NCBI GenBank assembly: GCA_051819805.1
Contig: JBNJHD010000001.1
Span: forward strand, 74,962 to 135,118
Reading direction: 5' to 3'
Source of the DNA: Nanobdellota archaeon
GTDB taxonomy: Archaea; Nanobdellota; Nanobdellia; Woesearchaeales; SKGA01
DNA length: 60,157 nt
Shown: piece after piece, positions 49,403 to 58,907 of the stretch
How positions within the stretch are numbered: position 1 is the stretch's first letter
Layout: every line of letters begins with the position of its first letter
The notes under the pieces: model-generated
What the model was told of the DNA's origin: nothing
Database searches by the model: none
The model's input: only the letters and a program-made list of their open reading frames with translations
Program-made: the position numbers and the translations under genes

Positions 49403-49640
49403 ATCATTTTTTTCCCTTCACTTTTTTCTCATTCATACAAAAAAACGTATCAGTCGTAAGACTATTATTTCACACCTTTCACTTCTGAAATTGCAGTTAG
49501 TCTCTTTTCCTTTCTTCTTTCCTCTACATTGCCTTCCTCTCTCGTCATTCAAACAAACTGCCTTTCTGCCCTACTACTGTTCAAGCTCACGATCAACTAC
49601 ACTTCTTCACTGGCCGCTTTCTCAAGTGGTCGATTACACC
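49403..49640 (+). other. G-depleted, C/T-rich rRNA trailer tract
   Basis: The plus strand has very few G over about 230 nt, which creates the spurious ORF 49278-49790. Confidence 0.7.
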
Positions 49641-49701
49641 GGAAGGTTTCCGGCAAATGTCACACAACTGTTTTTAACAGTCGAAGATAATTTTTTCAGT
49701 C

Positions 49702-50097
49702 ATGGGACGGAATTTCAAGAAACTGAAAATCTACGAGTTAAGTTACGCGTTCGTTCTCGAAATCTATGGAGTTCTACCATCGCTTCCTGAAACAGAACTC
49801 CGCAACATGTACTCGCAACTGCAACGTGCAGCGACAAGTATTGTTCTCAATATCGTCGAAGGTGCTTCCAACAGGTCGAACAAAGTATTCTTCAACCACT
49901 TGCAATACAGCTATGGTTCGTGCCGGGAAGTCGAGGTGCTCTTGCAATTGGCGAAGGATCTCAACTTCATCGAAAAAAATGTTTTCACAGTGCTCGAGAA
50001 CCAGCTTGAAGAGCTGAAAGCGACATTGTATCGATTCATGGAATCAGTGGATCGCGAGGTTCGCTATCATAAGACTAACTGGGAATTCAAGAATTGA
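49702..50097 (+). CDS. Four-helix-bundle protein of the '23S rRNA intervening sequence protein' (S23p/Avd-like) family
   Basis: FKKLKIYELSY..LQRAATSIVLNIVEGASNRS..F..L.YSYGSCREVEVLLQLAKDL matches the family hallmark pattern. Confidence 0.85.
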   Translation: MGRNFKKLKIYELSYAFVLEIYGVLPSLPETELRNMYSQLQRAATSIVLNIVEGASNRSNKVFFNHLQYSYGSCREVEVLLQLAKDLNFIEKNVFTVLENQLEELKATLYRFMESVDREVRYHKTNWEFKN

Positions 50098-50150
50098 TCA
50101 TTACTCCTAAACATTAATAAATAAGGCAGGATTCGTCTTCACAATTGACT

Positions 50151-51152
50151 ATGGCATTTCTCAACAAACTTAAACGATTCGTCTTTCGACTCAAGATAGC
50201 TTTGATGCTCGTGGCACTCTCAGCGTCAAAACCAGTCTATGGTGGCCAGGCAGTCATGGAAGGAGTCATGATGAAAGGGACACACTGCTATGTCACGACA
50301 GTCAGGACTTCAAACGGTTTCAAGAGACAGATAAAACCGCACAGATCGCTCACGAAACGATACAAGCTCTTGCGGTTTCCAATCCTTCGTGGGATGATCG
50401 TTCTTATCGAGACATTCTCAATCGGTTACAAGTCACTCTCTTACTCGTCAGAAATAGCAATTGAAGAAGAGAACAAGAAGCAAGAAGGGTATATGGAGAA
50501 GAAGAACAAGGATGGTGAGTCAGAGACTTCCTTCGGGGATCAACTGCTCATATGGGGATCAGTCGCTATAGGTATCGTCTTTGCCATAGGGCTGTTCAAG
50601 TTCCTGCCACTATTAGCAGCAAAAGGAGTGGATGCACTGTTCAATGTTCCTGACGTGGTGTTCAACATCGTTGACGGAGTCGTAAAAGGAGGAATCTTCA
50701 TACTCTACATGGTCATCGTAGGAAGGATTCCTGATATCAAAGAACTATTTCGCTATCACGGCGGTGAGCACAAGACGATCAACTGCATGGAAGCAGGTGA
50801 TAAGCTGACAGTGAAAAACATATCTGGACACTCACAAGAACACCTTCGCTGCGGAACGACCTTCATGTTCCTCGTCCTGTTCATGAGTATTCTCGTGTAC
50901 TTGTTCATACCAAAAGACTTGCCATTTCTGGTGAACCTCGGACTGCGACTCGCTCTCGTTCCTGTCATCGCAGGATTGTCCTATGAATTACAACGGTTCG
51001 GAGCATTATACTCGAAAGGTTTCGGGAAGATAGTGCTTCGACCGGGATTATGGTTGCAAGCATTGTCTGTGAACGTACCATCACCGAAGCATATCAGGCC
51101 AGCACGAGCGTCACTGCAGGAAGCGATGACATACGATAAGAAGAATTCGTGA
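50151..51152 (+). CDS. DUF1385 family membrane protein
   Basis: VYGGQAVMEGVMMKG and RYHGGEHKTIN motifs. Confidence 0.8.
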   Translation: MAFLNKLKRFVFRLKIALMLVALSASKPVYGGQAVMEGVMMKGTHCYVTTVRTSNGFKRQIKPHRSLTKRYKLLRFPILRGMIVLIETFSIGYKSLSYSSEIAIEEENKKQEGYMEKKNKDGESETSFGDQLLIWGSVAIGIVFAIGLFKFLPLLAAKGVDALFNVPDVVFNIVDGVVKGGIFILYMVIVGRIPDIKELFRYHGGEHKTINCMEAGDKLTVKNISGHSQEHLRCGTTFMFLVLFMSILVYLFIPKDLPFLVNLGLRLALVPVIAGLSYELQRFGALYSKGFGKIVLRPGLWLQALSVNVPSPKHIRPARASLQEAMTYDKKNS

Positions 51153-51160
51153 GCTGGTTC

Positions 51161-51469
51161 TCAATCTTTTCCGGCATATTTCTGCCATGTTCTCTCAAGC
51201 TCATCGTGATGCATGAAACCCTCGAGATTCCACTTATCGACAACCTCCTGGAGGGCTTCAAATTCTTTAGAATTCACTTTGCGTTTGAGTTGATGTCCTA
51301 GTGAGAAAATAGATTTACGTAGCAATTCACAGTCTTCATTAAGTGTTTTGAGGTCATCACTAGCGTCATTAATTTTTTTTTTGAACTCTTTTCTCTTCGT
51401 ATCAATGGTCTTGTGCTGGTCTCTGACAGTATTGAGGAGTTTGAAGTCTTCCTTCTGTAAATTATTCAT
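51161..51469 (-). CDS. Small coiled-coil hypothetical protein
   Basis: 102-aa ORF. Confidence 0.5.
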   Translation of the reverse strand: MNNLQKEDFKLLNTVRDQHKTIDTKRKEFKKKINDASDDLKTLNEDCELLRKSIFSLGHQLKRKVNSKEFEALQEVVDKWNLEGFMHHDELERTWQKYAGKD

Positions 51470-51607
51470 TCTGTGAGCGAGTTGATGTATGAGCTTGTTT
51501 TTTTCATCTTTCTTAGCAGCTGCGTCTTCCTCTTTTTGCTTCTTAGAAATATGTTGTGTTGGAATGGTCGTTCACCTCTTACTATCCATTATTGAGAGTT
51601 GCTCTTT

Positions 51608-53044
51608 TTAAGAGTTTTGAATAGTTTCCATCTTATTTCTCGATTCTATTGAGGATAATATGTTTTTCATCTTTTCAGCAATGATACGATGACTGAAATG
51701 TTCTCTCAATATTTTCAGATTCCCATTAGCTAATTGTTTTCTGAAATGCTCATTTTCCAGAAGTAATTTTGATTGGGAAATAAGGTCTTCGCTGATAACA
51801 AATTCTTCTGTGTCAATAACATTGAATTTGAATTGTTCAATATCTGTCTTGAAGACAGGATACTTATAGATAACTGGAATCAATCCTGCTGCAAGCACTT
51901 CCAGAAGGTTATTGCCAAAACCCTCAACTTCACTGAAGTATGTTGTCAGTCCTCTCAAATGAGCGAATATAACAGGATAATCGAGAAAGTCCATATCGGT
52001 TTGTCGACTATGATCTTTTGCAAAATCAATAATAACTTTATCTGTAGAATAGCGTTGTTTTAATTCTTCATATTTGCTGATGAGTCTTTCTTTAAGATTG
52101 TTCGTATCGTTTCCTGAAATGAAAAAGTAAATGCCGTCATACAAACCTTCACGTTCAATCTCTTCTAAAAGCTTAAAGGAGTATTCTAGCGCAAAATCAA
52201 TCCGTTTACGCTCAACCATTCTTGTCTGTTGCAATACGAAAAGAGGTTTTTGAACATCTTTTGATGCTAGTTGTTCATCAACAGAGAATTCTTCAAAGAA
52301 ACGTTTTTTCTTTTCCTTGACAATCTCGCTATCAAGTTCTGAATAATCAGAAATGAATATGTCTGTAGTGTTGTAGATGATAGTGTGACTATTGTCAAAA
52401 TGGTGGACTAGTCCTGGAAAGTGCAATTTTTCTTCGACTTCAGCAAAATAGTCTCGTGCAATTTTTGGTTGTATTGAGTTGATGAACACTATGTGATCAA
52501 CGTAAGGTCCTGGAACTCCTGAAATAATCTGTTCTTTGATCCACTCTTGAGGGTTCGTGAAACTTTGCCGTTCAAGATGAGAATCGTGCCACCATAAGAT
52601 GTAAGGTGGTGTTTTCTCATCATCATTATGCTCATAATACGAAGATAATGATTTTGCTAGGATGAAATTGACCGGATAACAAGTGTTATGGGCAATAATC
52701 ACATCAATGTTATTTTTTTCTATGAACTCGGCAATCAATTGCTCTCCTTTACCGATCATCTCATCAAGTTCTTCTTTCGTATCGTTAGGTAGCTCGTTTT
52801 CATAATTGTTCTCTATGAATTTATTTAGAGGGTGTTCAAAATCAAATGGTTCCCATTCGGTAACTCTAGAATTTGAAAACCCGCTCTTGCCACAGAGATA
52901 GAACATGTTGGTCGGTTGTACATTCATATTGCGCGATAGTGAATTTACCATCTGATCGATAACTACAGAAACACCATCAACAAAACCAACTCTACTGTGC
53001 AAGACTCCTATCGTTAGTGTTGAAGAATCGCTATTACTGTTCAT
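51608..53044 (-). CDS. GT-B fold glycosyltransferase (GT4-like)
   Basis: E-x7-E motif SEVEGFGNNLLEVLAAGLIPV. Acceptor specificity unknown. Confidence 0.75.
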   Translation of the reverse strand: MNSNSDSSTLTIGVLHSRVGFVDGVSVVIDQMVNSLSRNMNVQPTNMFYLCGKSGFSNSRVTEWEPFDFEHPLNKFIENNYENELPNDTKEELDEMIGKGEQLIAEFIEKNNIDVIIAHNTCYPVNFILAKSLSSYYEHNDDEKTPPYILWWHDSHLERQSFTNPQEWIKEQIISGVPGPYVDHIVFINSIQPKIARDYFAEVEEKLHFPGLVHHFDNSHTIIYNTTDIFISDYSELDSEIVKEKKKRFFEEFSVDEQLASKDVQKPLFVLQQTRMVERKRIDFALEYSFKLLEEIEREGLYDGIYFFISGNDTNNLKERLISKYEELKQRYSTDKVIIDFAKDHSRQTDMDFLDYPVIFAHLRGLTTYFSEVEGFGNNLLEVLAAGLIPVIYKYPVFKTDIEQFKFNVIDTEEFVISEDLISQSKLLLENEHFRKQLANGNLKILREHFSHRIIAEKMKNILSSIESRNKMETIQNS

Positions 53045-53147
53045 GACAAATCATTCAAGAATTGATGTTCTTATTGTTTAAAAATATTTAGATTTGAGAA
53101 TGGTGTTTTGCGAACTTTTTTTAAACGATAAGGTGTTTACACTTACT

Positions 53148-54329
53148 ATGGGGGTCAGATTCAGAAAGAAAGAAGAGCCTGACAAGTCAATTCTATACCA
53201 TAAGCCGGGAATGCTCAAGAAAAGAGCGAAGAATTATTTCTCCGGGAAAGTGCCGAACATTCTCATCGGCTCCTATGGATATCCTGACGTATCAACAGGA
53301 GCACTGGTCGATGACATTGGTGGTTCGGTGGATGATCCTAAAGATATCGTGGCAAAACGGCATGATATTGACAGGGTACTTCAATCACGACAATCACTGG
53401 TAAATTCAAGGGTCACGACAAACGTCAAGACTATGGACTCCCGATTTACTGAACAAGCGGGAGATCTGGCGAAAAGTAAGCGATCAGTCGATTCGGAAGT
53501 ATTCCTGAAAAAAGCAGTCACGCCGGGAATGTCCTTTGATGAGCGCAACATGCCGCACGGCCCGTCCGGAGAGCTGCGAAAGCTGATGCTGACATCAAAT
53601 CCCCACATTCCTCGACCGATAGAGCGATTGACCTCTGACACTGATGTGAAAGCAACAACTGCTCTGCATGAGCTTAATACTAAAGGGTTTGATGAACATT
53701 ATCTCACCAAATTATTCAGTGTGGGAACACTAGGGCAGAAGCGAAAGCTCGTGCCGACGAAATGGTCGATCACCGCAGTGGATGACACGATCTCTGACCG
53801 GTTCAGGGATGAAGTGCTTGATTATCAGGAGAAAGATTACCGCGTGTACACTGGTGAGTACCTCGGTAACGAGTATGTGATACTGTTCCTTCCAGGGCCT
53901 TGGAGTTTTGAACTTTTCGAGATGGCAGTGCCGCATTGCATCTACAACAGTACTGATGAGGTGACGATCACTCAGGATTATGAGTTTCAACAAGGACGGA
54001 AAGATTATGCCTCGAACACTTCAGGAGCGTATTACGCTGCCAAATTAGCAGTGCTTGAGAAGTGCAAGCAGGAGAAGATGCAAGCGAGAGTGATCGTGTT
54101 CAGGGTGATCACAAAGAAATACACAGTGCCGCTTGGCGTGTGGGTGGTGCGCGAAGGAGTGAGGCAGGCGCTTGAGAACATTGATGATGCAGATGTGAGT
54201 TCGACAACTGAAGCGAAGCAGTATGCTGCGAAACTGGTGACGCCGAAGATCGGAGAGGACGCTTCACAACTGCTCAAAGTAAGCAAGCTGTTTGTGATGT
54301 CGCAAAAAAGCCTGTCTTCATGGTTGTGA
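53148..54329 (+). CDS. nreA: NreA-like archaeal DNA repair protein with C-terminal PIP-box-like motif
   Basis: ILIGSYGYPDVSTGALVDD and VPTKWSITAVDD patterns. C-terminus QKSLSSWL. ATG 53148 preferred given TATA at about 53078-53090. Confidence 0.7.
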   Translation: MGVRFRKKEEPDKSILYHKPGMLKKRAKNYFSGKVPNILIGSYGYPDVSTGALVDDIGGSVDDPKDIVAKRHDIDRVLQSRQSLVNSRVTTNVKTMDSRFTEQAGDLAKSKRSVDSEVFLKKAVTPGMSFDERNMPHGPSGELRKLMLTSNPHIPRPIERLTSDTDVKATTALHELNTKGFDEHYLTKLFSVGTLGQKRKLVPTKWSITAVDDTISDRFRDEVLDYQEKDYRVYTGEYLGNEYVILFLPGPWSFELFEMAVPHCIYNSTDEVTITQDYEFQQGRKDYASNTSGAYYAAKLAVLEKCKQEKMQARVIVFRVITKKYTVPLGVWVVREGVRQALENIDDADVSSTTEAKQYAAKLVTPKIGEDASQLLKVSKLFVMSQKSLSSWL

Positions 54330-54380
54330 CTGAATTCTGATAAAGCAAGATTTAAAAACTCTTGAATCAATGATTATTCT

Positions 54381-55049
54381 ATGGTCAAGGGAGAATCGGT
54401 GACGATAAAGGAATATACTCATAAGTGTCGAGGGAGAGTTATGAGACTGCTCTCAACGAGCTGGACTGCTCATCATCGTCATTTCAAGCACAAGCCATCG
54501 ATGAGTGACCTCAAACGGGATGCCAATTTCTACTTCGGTACAGACAAACCGCAAGCGTTCGTTGCAGTCTCGAAAAAAGGAGAAGTATTAGGGGTTGCGT
54601 TCGGAAGCTTGCGAAAACAACAGACAAAAGCAAGGTTGAAGAACGTCAGTGATGTCTTCTATTATTCTTTCAGGTTCATCGCGCACGCGTCAAGCTATTA
54701 TCACTATCGTATCAAACTAGCTTGGAGAAATATGCTCGGGAAGTCAACGCGAGCGAAGCTGAAAAAACCAAAACGATATGGGCGATTACAAGTGGTCGTG
54801 GCACCGAAAGCGAGAAGTCTCGGCGTGGGAACGAAGCTGCTCGACCGATTCGTACGACACGCGAAGGTCAACGAAGTGCCAGTGCTACTCTGCATGGATA
54901 CGATCGTAGAAAGTGATGCTCACACGGAAGCGTTCTGGAAGCACAACGGGTTTCACGTAAGAGATAAGAAGGTTGAAGAGGAAACAGAAGTGTGCACGAA
55001 GAAATCAACAAGACCGCATGAAGTGGCAGTGTTCACGAAGAGATTGTGA
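54381..55049 (+). CDS. GNAT-family N-acetyltransferase
   Basis: Acetyl-CoA motif LQVVVAPKARSLGVGTKLL. Confidence 0.7.
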   Translation: MVKGESVTIKEYTHKCRGRVMRLLSTSWTAHHRHFKHKPSMSDLKRDANFYFGTDKPQAFVAVSKKGEVLGVAFGSLRKQQTKARLKNVSDVFYYSFRFIAHASSYYHYRIKLAWRNMLGKSTRAKLKKPKRYGRLQVVVAPKARSLGVGTKLLDRFVRHAKVNEVPVLLCMDTIVESDAHTEAFWKHNGFHVRDKKVEEETEVCTKKSTRPHEVAVFTKRL

Positions 55050-55105
55050 TTGTTACTTTTTTCTTATGGTTTTTTCAATTAAAGACCAAAATATTTATAT
55101 ATAAT

Positions 55106-55127
55106 CATATCAATATTTGTTGATATG
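55106..55127. promoter_or_regulatory. ArsR-type operator palindrome, copy 1
   Basis: CATATCAA-tatttg-TTGATATG. The right arm contains the arsR ATG. TATA aaatatttatatataat at 55088-55104. Confidence 0.7.
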
Positions 55128-55433
55128 TCTACACAAAAGAATCTGATGTTACTCAAAGGGTTGAGTGAAGAATCAAGATATAAAATAGTAGAAGCTCTTC
55201 TAGATGGTGAGAAATGCGCTTGTGAATTGCCTGCAATGATTGACCGGACACAATCGAACACATCAATGCATCTTACAAAACTTTCTGATTTAGGTATTGT
55301 AAAATCAAGACGTGAAGGAAAGAAAATGATCTATTCAATCAAAGATTCAAGGGTTTGTGATGTCTTTAAAGCTCTCGGATATTCTAATAAGAGACTTCAG
55401 AACTCACCTTGTTGTATGAAGGATAAACAATGA
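55125..55433 (+). CDS. arsR: ArsR/SmtB-family metalloregulator with CxC site
   Basis: wHTH pattern IVEALLDGEKCACELPAMIDRTQSNTSMHLTKL. Probably leaderless. Confidence 0.85.
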   Translation: MSTQKNLMLLKGLSEESRYKIVEALLDGEKCACELPAMIDRTQSNTSMHLTKLSDLGIVKSRREGKKMIYSIKDSRVCDVFKALGYSNKRLQNSPCCMKDKQ

Positions 55434-55505
55434 TTAACCGATAATGAACCAGTATCAACAAAAAATGAAGTGTTTGCTAGAAACTTCCAAGGGGCAGCAA
55501 TTAAA

Positions 55506-56714
55506 ATGAAAATTATGAACTCGATCAATAATTTCTTTTCAACAAAATTCAATATCTATCTGGTGCTGATTCTTCTTATTCTCGCAGGACTCTCTTTTTT
55601 TATCACAGGTGAGGATCCAGTTCATCAAACTACAGATGATAACCTCGCTGTTCAGTTCTTTTATATGCCTTCATGTCCTCATTGCAACGAACAAAAACCG
55701 ATCTATTCTGAAATAAAAGAAGAACGGACAGATATTGATTTCAGAGAGTATGATGCTTCATCACAAAAAGGTTCTCGGTTATTCTATGAAATGGCCAGAA
55801 AGGCAAATATGGATACCTCAAGATTAGGTGTCCCGACAATATTTGTGGGGAACCAACCACTTGTTGGAGTGCATTCAAAAGAACAAATAAATACTGCTAT
55901 CGATGAACATGTCCTTAATTCTAGTATCGGAACCGTTCCTATAAGAACAAGCTCTGGAAAAAACAATGAGTTCGTAGAGTACAAACTTCCTTTCTTAGGA
56001 AAAACCGATCTCACAAAATGGTCGCTTCCGACTCTAGCAGTAATCCTCGGTCTTATTGATGGATTTAATCCCTGTGCTTTGTGGGTTCTCATATTCCTCA
56101 TAACCTTGCTGCTTGGGGAAAAAGATAAGAAAAAAATATGGTTGGTGGTAGGGAGTTTTGTCATAGCATCTGCGATTTCATATTTTCTTTTCTTGACTGC
56201 CTGGCTGAATGTATTTTTACTCATAGGATATGTGGAAATCATAACTTTACTCATAGGACTCTTTGCAATAGGGATGGGTGTCATACAATTGAGAGAGTTC
56301 TTCATGACCAAGGGAAATCTGACTTGCAAAGTCACTAACCCTCAAAGTCGAAAGAAAACAATGGATAAGATCAAAAATCTCGTTTCACAACCAATAACGA
56401 TAAGTGTCATTATAGGAGTAATAACTCTTGCTTTCACTGTCAATGCAATCGAGTTCGTATGTTCTGCAGCTATTCCTGCAGTATTCACTCAAATTCTTAC
56501 GTTAAGCGGGATTTCGACTTTTCAGCACTACTTGTATATCGGATTGTATGTTCTTTTCTATATGATCGATCATATAATACTATTCAGCATGGCTGCTTTA
56601 GCTCTCAGCAGTAACTTCGGTCAAAAATATGCGAAAATATGTACATTGCTTGGGGGATTCATAATGCTGATTTTAGGGTTGATAATGGTGTACGCACCAC
56701 ATCTATTAAGATAA
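55506..56714 (+). CDS. Fusion of an extracytoplasmic thioredoxin/glutaredoxin-like domain (CPHC) to a DsbD/CcdA-like multi-TM domain
   Basis: FFYMPSCPHCNEQK..GVPTIFVG, then GLIDGFNPCALWVL and about 6 TM helices. Confidence 0.7.
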   Translation: MKIMNSINNFFSTKFNIYLVLILLILAGLSFFITGEDPVHQTTDDNLAVQFFYMPSCPHCNEQKPIYSEIKEERTDIDFREYDASSQKGSRLFYEMARKANMDTSRLGVPTIFVGNQPLVGVHSKEQINTAIDEHVLNSSIGTVPIRTSSGKNNEFVEYKLPFLGKTDLTKWSLPTLAVILGLIDGFNPCALWVLIFLITLLLGEKDKKKIWLVVGSFVIASAISYFLFLTAWLNVFLLIGYVEIITLLIGLFAIGMGVIQLREFFMTKGNLTCKVTNPQSRKKTMDKIKNLVSQPITISVIIGVITLAFTVNAIEFVCSAAIPAVFTQILTLSGISTFQHYLYIGLYVLFYMIDHIILFSMAALALSSNFGQKYAKICTLLGGFIMLILGLIMVYAPHLLR

Positions 56715-56738
56715 TTTATGGAAATTGAAGTGATCCAA

Positions 56739-57371
56739 ATGAAATATCCTTTGATAATGAACGCAGCTATTTTTATTAGTATCTCTTTATTATTCTTATC
56801 AGGTTGTTCTCTGACATCCGAGGTAGTTCTAGAAGATGCTAAACGGATCAAAGAACATGTGGTTTTAGGTCATTGTCCGACAATGGCTGAACATGCCCAT
56901 GTGATTGAAAATGAATACGAACGAGTTTCATCAGAGCAATTCAGCTCAACGGCCTCAGCTGTTGCTGCATTGAAGAAGGGTGATGTCGATGTTATCCTTG
57001 TCGGCCGTGTTGTTAAAGAAACTGAATTACAAGATGCCTTCGAGAACCGTTTACGAGATGGTCTGACATTGGTTGGTTCGCAAAAACAATTCATTTCACT
57101 TGATAGGTTATATGCCAGCAGTATTCATACTGCAGTATCTGAACAGGATGTCAAACAATATCTTCCTAGTCATGTGGATGTCATGTATTATGACTCTCTC
57201 GAGTCCTCTCTTCGTGAAGGATTGCATGATGTTGTTCTTATCAATTGGAGTGATTACACTGAGGATATGGAACTTGTTATTCCTGTTGATAGTTCTATGA
57301 ACAAGATTGAGAAATTCAGATTACCTATTCTGTATTCTTATAATGAGTCTCTGACTAAGCTGCAGGTTTAA
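56739..57371 (+). CDS. Putative lipoprotein, solute-binding-protein-like
   Basis: MKYPLIMNAAIFISISLLFLSGC is a signal peptide plus lipobox. AVAALKKGDVDVILVGR pattern. Confidence 0.55.
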   Translation: MKYPLIMNAAIFISISLLFLSGCSLTSEVVLEDAKRIKEHVVLGHCPTMAEHAHVIENEYERVSSEQFSSTASAVAALKKGDVDVILVGRVVKETELQDAFENRLRDGLTLVGSQKQFISLDRLYASSIHTAVSEQDVKQYLPSHVDVMYYDSLESSLREGLHDVVLINWSDYTEDMELVIPVDSSMNKIEKFRLPILYSYNESLTKLQV

Positions 57372-57428
57372 TATGCATTTTGATTTCAAGCGACTGAACT
57401 ATAAAAACCATTAATTTTAAATAAAACT

Positions 57429-57452
57429 TCATATCAATATGTGTTGATATGA
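57429..57452. promoter_or_regulatory. ArsR-type operator palindrome, copy 2
   Basis: TCATATCAA-tatgtg-TTGATATGA lies directly after TATA-like aattttaaataaaac (57413-57427). Confidence 0.7.
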
Positions 57453-57484
57453 AATCTGCGTTTGAATTATGATGGGTGAATAAT

Positions 57485-57712
57485 ATGAAAATAGAAATAT
57501 TAGGAACAGGATGTCCGAAATGCAAGACACTTGAAGAGAATGCAAAGAAAGCTGTTGAAGCATCTGGTGTGGATGCGGAGATTACGAAAGTCACCGAAAT
57601 CGATAAGATTATCGAGTATGGTGTCATGTCAACACCTGCTATCGTTATTGACGGGGATGTGAAAAGTTCAGGTAAAGTTTCTGATGTTGAAGAGATAAAA
57701 AAATGGTTGTGA
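57485..57712 (+). CDS. Small thioredoxin-fold protein (redox-active disulfide protein 2 type)
   Basis: MKIEILGTGCPKCKTLEE..STPAIVIDG. About 75 aa. Confidence 0.8.
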   Translation: MKIEILGTGCPKCKTLEENAKKAVEASGVDAEITKVTEIDKIIEYGVMSTPAIVIDGDVKSSGKVSDVEEIKKWL

Positions 57713-57717
57713 GTAAT

Positions 57718-58191
57718 ATGAAATCAACGTTGAAAATGATGGTCTTTGTTCTGGCGTTATCAATATTCGTGACAGGATGCACTGGTGGAATTGATTCTTC
57801 TAATACCACTGGTGATGCTGTGGCTGATGTTAAGGGTTCTGAACAAAATATCACTATAGAAAAACTTGAAATATACCATTTCCACGGAGCCAATCAGTGT
57901 CATTCGTGTGTCACGGTCGGTGATTATGCTGAAGAAACGGTGAATACGTACTTTGAAGATGAGCTTGAGGACGGCGTGATCGTTTTCGATCACGTGAATG
58001 GTGAGCTTCCAGAGAATAAAGAACTTGTAAAAAAATATGGTGCTACAGGATCCTCATTATGGCTCGGAACATATGATGATGGAACTTTTACGGCTGAAGA
58101 AAATACACGAGTATGGTATAAGATCCAGGATAAAGAAGAGTATATGAACTATCTCAAAGGAGTCATTGAGCAGAAACTCTCAGGTAACTAG
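57718..58191 (+). CDS. Lipobox-bearing CxxC protein, ArsF-family-like
   Basis: MKSTLKMMVFVLALSIFVTGC lipobox. YHFHGANQCHSCVTVG. Family assignment made from memory. Confidence 0.55.
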   Translation: MKSTLKMMVFVLALSIFVTGCTGGIDSSNTTGDAVADVKGSEQNITIEKLEIYHFHGANQCHSCVTVGDYAEETVNTYFEDELEDGVIVFDHVNGELPENKELVKKYGATGSSLWLGTYDDGTFTAEENTRVWYKIQDKEEYMNYLKGVIEQKLSGN

Positions 58192-58194
58192 AAA

Positions 58195-58905
58195 ATGGGT
58201 CTAATGGCATTCATGGAAGCGATGGGCACAAGTGATATCGTGATATTAGCGGCCTTTTTCATAGGGTTGATGACAGCGATAAGCCCGTGTCCGTTGGCAA
58301 CGAACATTACAGCAATAGCGTATGCAAGCAAGAGACTGAAAAATAAGAAATACACACTCCTTGTGGGATTTTTCTATACGCTAGGTAGAATGCTCACTTA
58401 TGTGCTGATCGCATCAGCGATAGTATGGTTCGGATTGAATACACAATCAATATCGTTTTTTCTCCAGGAATATGGTGAGAAAATATTAGGACCGTTGCTG
58501 CTTGTTGTCGGTATTGTCATGCTTGATGTAATAAAGATTAATACTTTAAAGTCCAGTGATAGACTGCAAAAGCTCAAGGAAAAACTCGCTGATAAAGGAT
58601 TTCTAGGGAGTTTTTTGTTAGGGGTCATATTCGCTCTTGCGTTCTGCCCGTTCAGCGCAGTACTGTTTTTCGGAATGCTCATTCCATTAGCACTGCAAGC
58701 GGGAGATGGTATCATAATACCTTCGGTCTTTGCTTTCGCCACAGGGCTTCCGGTTATCATCTTTTCATTCATACTTGTATACAGTGTCTCAAAACTCGGT
58801 AAGATCATGAACAAGATCGGAACGTTCGAGAAGTGGATGCGAAAGATAGTGGCTGGAATATTTATCATCGTAGGATTATATTACATAGGATTGATGGTGA
58901 TCTAG
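58195..58905 (+). CDS. CcdA/DsbD-family thiol-disulfide transporter-like membrane protein (ArsG-like)
   Basis: AISPCPLATN and FCPFS motifs with about 6 TM helices. Confidence 0.75.
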   Translation: MGLMAFMEAMGTSDIVILAAFFIGLMTAISPCPLATNITAIAYASKRLKNKKYTLLVGFFYTLGRMLTYVLIASAIVWFGLNTQSISFFLQEYGEKILGPLLLVVGIVMLDVIKINTLKSSDRLQKLKEKLADKGFLGSFLLGVIFALAFCPFSAVLFFGMLIPLALQAGDGIIIPSVFAFATGLPVIIFSFILVYSVSKLGKIMNKIGTFEKWMRKIVAGIFIIVGLYYIGLMVI

Positions 58906-58907
58906 TG

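Noticed and set aside
49354-49701. 5S rRNA downstream of 23S
   Set aside because: The trailer is G-poor and has none of the conserved 5S helices or motifs. 5S appears to be unlinked or lies outside the window.
49702-50097. Diversity-generating retroelement implied by the Avd-like four-helix-bundle protein
   Set aside because: No reverse transcriptase ORF and no template/variable repeat pair could be found in the window, so a DGR is not called.
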